Virus record (IMG/VR): IMGVR_UViG_3300031227_000040
Location: 1 to 61,169 of that record
DNA from: a virus
Lineage: Duplodnaviria > Caudoviricetes
Length of the DNA stretch: 61,169 nucleotides
Direction: 5' to 3' (one strand)
Part shown: in pieces, positions 55,068 to 61,169 of the stretch
Position numbering within the stretch: the first letter of the stretch is position 1
How the letters are laid out: the number at the start of each line of letters is the position of its first letter
Made by a program: the position numbers and the translations under genes
The notes under the pieces: model-generated
What the model saw: only the letters and a program-made list of their open reading frames with translations
Database searches by the model: none
Told to the model about the DNA's origin: nothing

Positions 55068-57822
55068 TCCACAAAAGGCAGAGATTCTTAGAGATTCTCA
55101 ACAGAATGCAGTTCTTCCTTTTGGAAGAAAATCTGTTATTCGTTATGCTACGTTACCAGGTTCAACTAAAGTAAGGTTCGGAGCTAGAGGAATGGATGAA
55201 GGCCAGACTAGACCAGAAGATTTAGCCTCCGGAGTTCTAGGAGGATATTTAGATTTGGGCCATACCTCTTTAGTTAAGTTAAGTACTGAGGGGATTTTAA
55301 TAGGAGCTAATCCTGGAGTAGAAGGAGGTGGCTGGCTAATGAGTCACACTGGATTGTTTGGTTATAACGATGCTGATGCTAGATTTCAATTCTATTTAGA
55401 AACTTCTGGAGCACTTGAACCAGGTACCTTAGTGTTAGGAGATTATGATAATGATCAGTATGCAATGTGGGATCAAGCTAATTCTCAGTTTATAGTTAAA
55501 GGAACTTTTTATGCAACGGCAGGATTAATTGGAGGATGGAGTATATCTGATACTGCTCTTTATAAGGAAGATGGAACTGATTCGGCTGGTATGGTTCCTA
55601 CAGATTATGCTTTTTATGCTGGAATAGTTTTAGCTGATAGAGCAACGGCCCCCTTCAGAGTTTATAAAGATGGCTCAGTGACTTGTACAAACCTAACCGT
55701 TACTGGAGGTTCTATAAGTGGAATTGTTTTAAGTGGACTTGCAGCTGGTTCAGAGCCTAGTATTCAGGGATGGCAACAGGATATGATCTTTAGTTCTACA
55801 GATCATAACACAGTTGCTTGGACTGCTGGAACAATTACTCTTTTAAATGGGGATACATTTAATATAAGTCCTGGTGCAAATACAGGAGATATAACTGCTT
55901 TGACTTATATTTATTTTGATAAAACTTCTCCTACTGTTTTACAAGTTACTACGACTCCAGCCAATGCTGTTGGTGCAGGAAAGATTTTAATAGCAGTTGC
56001 TGAAGATGTTGCTGCTGGAAAGTTAGCTTCTTATCAGGTCTTTGGCGGGACTGGAGGAATAAATAAACTGTGGACTGCTGATAGTATTGCAGCAAATACC
56101 ATTACTGCTAATGAGATTTTGGCTAATACAATTACTGCTAGTGAAATCTATGGACATACAATTACTGCTGATCAAATCGCAGTAGGAACAATTACCACTA
56201 CTGAAATAAATCTCCTATCTTTTGAAATAAGTTCTACTAATGTAAGTGATGTTGATGCCTATTCTACTAATCAGGATAAACAACAGTTGTCTACTTTACT
56301 TGTAGATACTCCAACTGGTTCTGGATTGTTTATGGATGCAACCCATTTAGGATATTATGATTCTCCTAATTGGAAAACTTATATGGATAGTTCAGGAAAC
56401 TTTTATCTAGGTGGAACTAGTGGAAGTTTACAATGGGTAGCTAGTACAGATTCTTTAATAATCAGTGGTACAATTTATGCAACTATAGGAACAATAGGTG
56501 GGTGGACTCTAGATACATTGACACTAAAATCTTATAATAATGAGATAGAATTTTATGCTGGAGATGCTTCAAACACTCCTCATCTTAAGATTTTTTCAGA
56601 AGGTAGTTCAAACCCAAATGATTATGCTCAGCTTACTGGTGGAGAAGATCCAGGCCAAGTAAACGTAGGTATTCCTCGTTTTGATGTGTATAGAGATATA
56701 ACTGAGACTGATGGAAATGTTAGAACACAATATGGTAAAGTTCTTTGGTTTTATACAAAATATCAGACTGTAGCTTATGATCCTTGTCCTCAAGGTCAAA
56801 TATATACAAAGGATGGTAAAGAATGGAAAGAAGATTTTCCTACAATAGGATCTCCTGCTGATCAAGATGGAATAAGTGTTTGGTCTTTACTAATGAAATC
56901 TACTGGTGATGCAGCTAGAGTTGCAAAAGCTGCTATTATGTTTTATGGTTATGCTGCTCAGTCTGGAGCTACAGGAGAAATTGGACTAACAGGACAAGTT
57001 TTAGCTCCACAAACAACAATGAGATTAGGAGATTATAACGCTAAGTATTCACAATTATATTTAGATCAACTTGCTTCTAATCCATCTGCTCCTTATTTAG
57101 TAGAAGGTTTAGTTTTTACAAAAACAGATCATCACATTTATTATTATAATGGAAGTTCTGTTGTTGCTTTGGATTCAAGTGGTGGAATTAGTGAAGTTAA
57201 AGATGATACTACTCCTGAGTTAGGTGGAAGCTTAGATTGTAATTCTCAAACTCTAACTGAGGCTGGACACATTTACCCTTCAAGTAGTAAATATCTTGGA
57301 TCTACAACTTATAGATGGAGTGTTTTATATACAGCTAATATAAATTTAACAGACATGGTAACAGATGCTACTAGTCCAGCATCAGGATATTTATCTTTAG
57401 GTACTAGTTATTCTTATGGATTAGTATTACAAAAAGGTATTTTAGTTAAAGGAGATATTCTTCCAACTGCAGCTACTTATGATCTTGGATCTACTGGAGT
57501 AAATAGATGGCAAAATTTATATACAAGTGGTATAAGTCTATCTGGAAGAATTGTAAATTCTTCTAGTAGTACTTATTATTTATGTTTAGGTACTGCATAT
57601 GATCATGGATTAGTTTTACAAAAAGGAATTGATGTCACAGGTGGATCAATTGATGCTACAGATTCTAATGGTAGAATAAGACAATATCTAGCAGGATTAA
57701 GATCAAGGTCTGCTCCTGGAAGTCCTGCTGCTAGTGAAGTTTATATTTATTATGATAGTGCAGACGGAGATATTAAAGCAAAAAATTCTTCAGGCACAGT
57801 TGTTACAATTGCAAATTTTTAA
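55012..57822 (+). CDS. tail fibre/spike protein
   Basis: G/T/S-rich; GLIGGWSI and APFRV..DG motifs; I.A.TITA repeats; duplicated LGS...RW..LY...LGT.Y..GLVLQKGI block. ATG at 55012. Confidence 0.7.
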   Translation: MSEKYPQNYILDQKPEPYDPQKAEILRDSQQNAVLPFGRKSVIRYATLPGSTKVRFGARGMDEGQTRPEDLASGVLGGYLDLGHTSLVKLSTEGILIGANPGVEGGGWLMSHTGLFGYNDADARFQFYLETSGALEPGTLVLGDYDNDQYAMWDQANSQFIVKGTFYATAGLIGGWSISDTALYKEDGTDSAGMVPTDYAFYAGIVLADRATAPFRVYKDGSVTCTNLTVTGGSISGIVLSGLAAGSEPSIQGWQQDMIFSSTDHNTVAWTAGTITLLNGDTFNISPGANTGDITALTYIYFDKTSPTVLQVTTTPANAVGAGKILIAVAEDVAAGKLASYQVFGGTGGINKLWTADSIAANTITANEILANTITASEIYGHTITADQIAVGTITTTEINLLSFEISSTNVSDVDAYSTNQDKQQLSTLLVDTPTGSGLFMDATHLGYYDSPNWKTYMDSSGNFYLGGTSGSLQWVASTDSLIISGTIYATIGTIGGWTLDTLTLKSYNNEIEFYAGDASNTPHLKIFSEGSSNPNDYAQLTGGEDPGQVNVGIPRFDVYRDITETDGNVRTQYGKVLWFYTKYQTVAYDPCPQGQIYTKDGKEWKEDFPTIGSPADQDGISVWSLLMKSTGDAARVAKAAIMFYGYAAQSGATGEIGLTGQVLAPQTTMRLGDYNAKYSQLYLDQLASNPSAPYLVEGLVFTKTDHHIYYYNGSSVVALDSSGGISEVKDDTTPELGGSLDCNSQTLTEAGHIYPSSSKYLGSTTYRWSVLYTANINLTDMVTDATSPASGYLSLGTSYSYGLVLQKGILVKGDILPTAATYDLGSTGVNRWQNLYTSGISLSGRIVNSSSSTYYLCLGTAYDHGLVLQKGIDVTGGSIDATDSNGRIRQYLAGLRSRSAPGSPAASEVYIYYDSADGDIKAKNSSGTVVTIANF

Positions 57823-57825
57823 CCC

Positions 57826-57854
57826 TTGACATAATTAAACAAGTATTCTAAGAT
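57826..57854 (+). promoter_or_regulatory. sigma70-type promoter
   Basis: TTGACA-17 bp-TAAGAT, 6 nt before ATG 57861 (near-leaderless). Confidence 0.65.
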
Positions 57855-57860
57855 GTTAAT

Positions 57861-58097
57861 ATGATTAAAGTAATTTATAGAGGATCATCTGAGAAGAGAT
57901 CCTATAAGACAAAAGAATTTCATGCCTCTATTGGTAATGTTGTTTTTATGTCTGAAGAAGCCTGGGAGAAAATTAATGAAGAGGGTGATGCTAAACTTTT
58001 TGAGAAGGTCGAAAGTATAGCAAAAAAATTCCCCCTATTCAGAACTGTATCCCCAGGCGTGCCTTTTGAGAAGGCAAAAATTAAACAACTAACTTAA
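57861..58097 (+). CDS. hypothetical protein
   Basis: ORF after the promoter. Confidence 0.55.
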   Translation: MIKVIYRGSSEKRSYKTKEFHASIGNVVFMSEEAWEKINEEGDAKLFEKVESIAKKFPLFRTVSPGVPFEKAKIKQLT

Positions 58098-58102
58098 ACT
58101 TT

Positions 58103-58609
58103 ATGTCTGCTACTATAAAATTAGAATGTTGTAATAGTACTGATGCTGGAGTAGAAACAGATATTACAGGAGCTGGTATTGATTTCATTACTGCTGATAA
58201 TGCTCTTAATACTTCAGGAAACAGGGAGGCTTATCCAATCACTATTCCAACTGTAGGGGTAGCTTATTCTTATGAGAAATGGTTAAGATGGAAATGTACT
58301 GTTGTTCCAGATACACAGTGTACGAACTTTCAATTCTGGGGGCCAGCTACAGTTCCAGGAACTGGTTTAATTCTTTATGTTGGAACCACAGACACAGGAG
58401 TAACTCCTGTTGTTACAGACTCAACTCCTGCTGCCACTCAGCAAGATACCAACTACTATGATACTGATCATCAGTTAGCTATCTCAGGAACATTAACTTT
58501 AGAGAATGATGAGACTGATTATTTAGTTATGCAACTTGATGTTGGAACTACAGCAGGTCAGGGAAACATTTCCCAACAGACTTACAATTATTCTTACGAT
58601 GAGAACTAG
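58103..58609 (+). CDS. virion structural protein (T/D-rich beta protein)
   Basis: YSYEKW...NF.FW...TDYLVMQL.V...Y.YDE pattern in the tail region. Confidence 0.5.
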   Translation: MSATIKLECCNSTDAGVETDITGAGIDFITADNALNTSGNREAYPITIPTVGVAYSYEKWLRWKCTVVPDTQCTNFQFWGPATVPGTGLILYVGTTDTGVTPVVTDSTPAATQQDTNYYDTDHQLAISGTLTLENDETDYLVMQLDVGTTAGQGNISQQTYNYSYDEN

Positions 58610-58651
58610 AACTTTTTAGATTACTATACTTAATGTGCTAAGTAAAATATT

Positions 58652-59080
58652 ATGAAATTAGAAAACTTTTTTCGTTACAAATTAGTTTTAGATTCTTCTA
58701 AAGTAATAGAACAAAAGATACCAGGAGAGAGTACGGGGTTTAAATTCAGTACTACTAATCCAGACTTTTATAAAGTAAAGTTTCTTCAACTCATTCCAGA
58801 GGGGGAAAATTTATCTGGACTTACTTTAGAGATTCCTTCTAAGGCTAGAATCATTTGGTTCACTAGAACAATTATTCATCAGGGGAAAACTTCCTTTAAG
58901 ATGCATGTTTATATGGCAGGGTGGCAAACTACTGTTAAACGTTTTGGATCAAAGGATGTAAATATTAAACACATACTTTACTTTTATCCAGATGGAACTA
59001 TAGAGGATTGTCCGGGGGAACCTACGCTATTAAATTTAAAGATTAATGCTATTGAAGATGAGATTTTAAAAGAAGCTTAA
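58652..59080 (+). CDS. hypothetical protein
   Basis: RIIWF.R...YMAGWQ...ILYFYPDG. Confidence 0.55.
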   Translation: MKLENFFRYKLVLDSSKVIEQKIPGESTGFKFSTTNPDFYKVKFLQLIPEGENLSGLTLEIPSKARIIWFTRTIIHQGKTSFKMHVYMAGWQTTVKRFGSKDVNIKHILYFYPDGTIEDCPGEPTLLNLKINAIEDEILKEA

Positions 59081-59090
59081 TTTTTTTACA

Positions 59091-61169
59091 ATGAGTTCAA
59101 CATTTTTAGAAAAAATAAACGGAGGAAAATCTGTTATAACAGATAATCCTCTTGCAAGTGATGGTGCTCAACTTAGTATTACTGGAGGAGAAAATTCTAA
59201 ATTCCCCCAAACGGGAATCTTCAGAGCTACTCTTTGGGATTCAGGAACTTATACTGATCCTAATGATGATCCTAACATGGAGATGGTAGATGCTGAGTTA
59301 AACACTGGTGATACATATGATATTACTAGAGCTAAAGAAAGTACCACAGGAGTAGAGCATGCGCAAGGCTCTGCTTTTCGTCTTTTAATAACAGCTGGTG
59401 GAGTAGAGGAATATGAGACTGCAATTAATATTTTAGAAAACTTAAAGGATTATGCTGATAGTCCTATGATTGTTACTGGTGGAGAAATTACAGAAGGCAC
59501 AGCTGGAACTTTTACCGTTGCTGCTTTAACTGCTTTAGTAAGAATTACTGATAGTTTAATTGGAGAATTAAAGTATATTACTCTTGCCGAACAAGCAAAT
59601 CAAGCTATTACTGCTGCTGATACAACTTATTTTATATGTTTAGATTATAATGGTGGAACACCTCAGATAGTTTTATCTGAAACTAATCCTTATGCACGAA
59701 CAACCTCACCAGATAGAACACAAATTACTATTGGAAAAGTAATGAAAGATGGTAGTGATAATGTTCATTATATTCCAGGTGGATTTAATTTTCAAGATGG
59801 AATTGAGAAACTTCATCAAAGAGCTGGTTCATTAAGAGGACACGAATTACAAAGTGGTTCAGCTATTGCTTATTTAGCTGATAACAAATTTACAATGGAA
59901 GCTGCAGTATTCTATGCTGGAATAAATAGAATAACACAACTTTTATATAATAGTAATACAACTCAATTTACTTCTGTCAGAGGAGATGGTGGAGTTGGTT
60001 GGACAGAAGCCTTGACTAATCTTATTGATTTTGAACATTATGATGATGGTGTTGGTGGTCTTGGAACTATTGCAAATAACAAATTTGGTTGTCATTGGGT
60101 TTATAGACACATAGGAGATGGACACGTTTATGTAAGATTAGGACTTGATAGCTATTCTCTTGCTGGAGCAGAAGAAGCTGATGAGCCAACAAAACCAACT
60201 CACTTAACTGATTTTGGTGCTTTAATTGGAAAGATAATTGCTCCTCAAGCTGGTGGAAGTTTTACTGTTATTCAAATGGTAACTGATACTATGTTCACTG
60301 GAGCTGCTGCTGCTGACCACGGAAATCTAACTGGTTTAGGTGATGATGACCATAGTATTTATCCTTTATTAGCTGGTCGTTCAGGTGGTCAAACTATTTA
60401 TGGTGGAACTGCAGCAAATGAAGATTTAACATTAGAGGGAACTTCACACGGAACTAAAACAACTTCTTATCTTAATTTACAGCCCAATGGTGGTAATGTT
60501 GGTATTGGAACTGCTAGTCCAGCAGCAAAACTACATACTGTTAGTAATACTTACCCAGTAACATTAATTGAAAGAAAAGCAGCTTTATCTGGAGTCAGAT
60601 ATTGGGGAGCTGAATTATATGCTAACGATACTACAACATCAGAAAATGGACAAGGAATAGGTTTTATTTTTAAAGTTAATAATAATATTGGAGAACCTAC
60701 TAATGCTGGTCAATTTTCTGGAGCTTTAGATACAGTAGCCACTGAAAGTGAAGTTGGAGCATTATATTTTGCTCCTGCTTGGCACGGAGATGACCCATCA
60801 ACTCGTTCTGATATGGTATTAAAGGCAACGGGAGTAAATAGTGGAGATTCGGAATTATTAATCGCTGGCAATGTTGGCATCGGAACAACGAGCCCTTTAG
60901 AATTATTATCTCTTGGAACTGCTGGAACTACCGCTGGAGTATTATCTCTGGCTGGGGCAACTTCAGGAAAAGCTATTATAGATGTATCTGCTGAAGCAGG
61001 AACTCCTACACTCACGCTTCCAACTACTACTGGAACGCTGGCACTAATTTCAGATATTCCAACTACCTTAGCAGGACATAATGCTACTGAATTAGATGAT
61101 ATTTCTGCTCAAGACATAACTGATATTGGAAACTTATCAGGAAGTAATACAGGCGACCAAGATTTATCA
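59091..61169 (+). CDS. tail fibre protein (3'-truncated by window end)
   Basis: ATG 59091, and frame checks at both ends agree (>=693 codons). Motifs: DDPNMEMV..TRAKE.T, DHGNLTGLGDDDH, GNVGIGT..P x2, NTGDQ. Not in the ORF track because it has no stop. Confidence 0.8.
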   Translation, partial: MSSTFLEKINGGKSVITDNPLASDGAQLSITGGENSKFPQTGIFRATLWDSGTYTDPNDDPNMEMVDAELNTGDTYDITRAKESTTGVEHAQGSAFRLLITAGGVEEYETAINILENLKDYADSPMIVTGGEITEGTAGTFTVAALTALVRITDSLIGELKYITLAEQANQAITAADTTYFICLDYNGGTPQIVLSETNPYARTTSPDRTQITIGKVMKDGSDNVHYIPGGFNFQDGIEKLHQRAGSLRGHELQSGSAIAYLADNKFTMEAAVFYAGINRITQLLYNSNTTQFTSVRGDGGVGWTEALTNLIDFEHYDDGVGGLGTIANNKFGCHWVYRHIGDGHVYVRLGLDSYSLAGAEEADEPTKPTHLTDFGALIGKIIAPQAGGSFTVIQMVTDTMFTGAAAADHGNLTGLGDDDHSIYPLLAGRSGGQTIYGGTAANEDLTLEGTSHGTKTTSYLNLQPNGGNVGIGTASPAAKLHTVSNTYPVTLIERKAALSGVRYWGAELYANDTTTSENGQGIGFIFKVNNNIGEPTNAGQFSGALDTVATESEVGALYFAPAWHGDDPSTRSDMVLKATGVNSGDSELLIAGNVGIGTTSPLELLSLGTAGTTAGVLSLAGATSGKAIIDVSAEAGTPTLTLPTTTGTLALISDIPTTLAGHNATELDDISAQDITDIGNLSGSNTGDQDLS

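Noticed and set aside
788-61015. Numerous short minus-strand and nested alternative-frame ORFs in the track
   Set aside because: They lie wholly within longer, motif-bearing + strand genes and show shadow-ORF composition.
55012-61169. Diversity-generating retroelement targeting tail fibres
   Set aside because: No reverse transcriptase is present and I saw no TR/VR pair differing only at adenines. The duplicated block near 57290-57630 is an ordinary in-frame protein repeat.
1-61169. Stop-codon reassignment (code 15, 25 or 4)
   Set aside because: Code 11 gives dense, unbroken genes including a 13.5-kb ORF, and TAA, TAG and TGA all end genes at sensible boundaries. The tRNA anticodon is CTG, not a CTA suppressor.

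Overview
This window is an AT-rich segment of a tailed-phage (Caudoviricetes, probably podovirus-like) genome with essentially all genes on the + strand. It uses genetic code 11 and has sigma70-type promoters but very few Shine-Dalgarno motifs; a Patescibacteria/CPR-type or other SD-poor bacterial host is an inference. Layout: (1) 0-3 kb holds HNH and RusA nucleases, tRNA-Gln(CTG) and an odd 183-nt tRNA-like element. (2) 3-10.3 kb is a glycosyltransferase/methyltransferase/cytidylyltransferase cluster. (3) 10.3-12.6 kb is a control region with six 19-bp tandem repeats, three copies of a 22-bp motif heading small gene-plus-terminator cassettes, and three tandem hairpins sharing one internal-loop motif just upstream of rtcB. 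(4) 12.6-25.7 kb is an early/accessory region with RtcB, family-4 UDG, a MoxR AAA+/VWA-metallopeptidase pair and two arrays of small paralogs. (5) 25.8-61.2 kb is the virion module: lambda-gpA-like terminase, portal, scaffold, major capsid protein, a 4.5-kaa internal/ejection-type protein and tail genes. The most striking observation is that the portal is fused in one ORF to an ASCH-like domain and a complete ATP-dependent ligase. A Pol-beta-type nucleotidyltransferase and a LigD-type 3'-phosphoesterase follow inside the head module, together suggesting a virion-borne end-healing and end-sealing kit. No DNA polymerase, primase, integrase, reverse transcriptase or CRISPR array was recognised. 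All product calls come from motif recognition by eye, not database searches.
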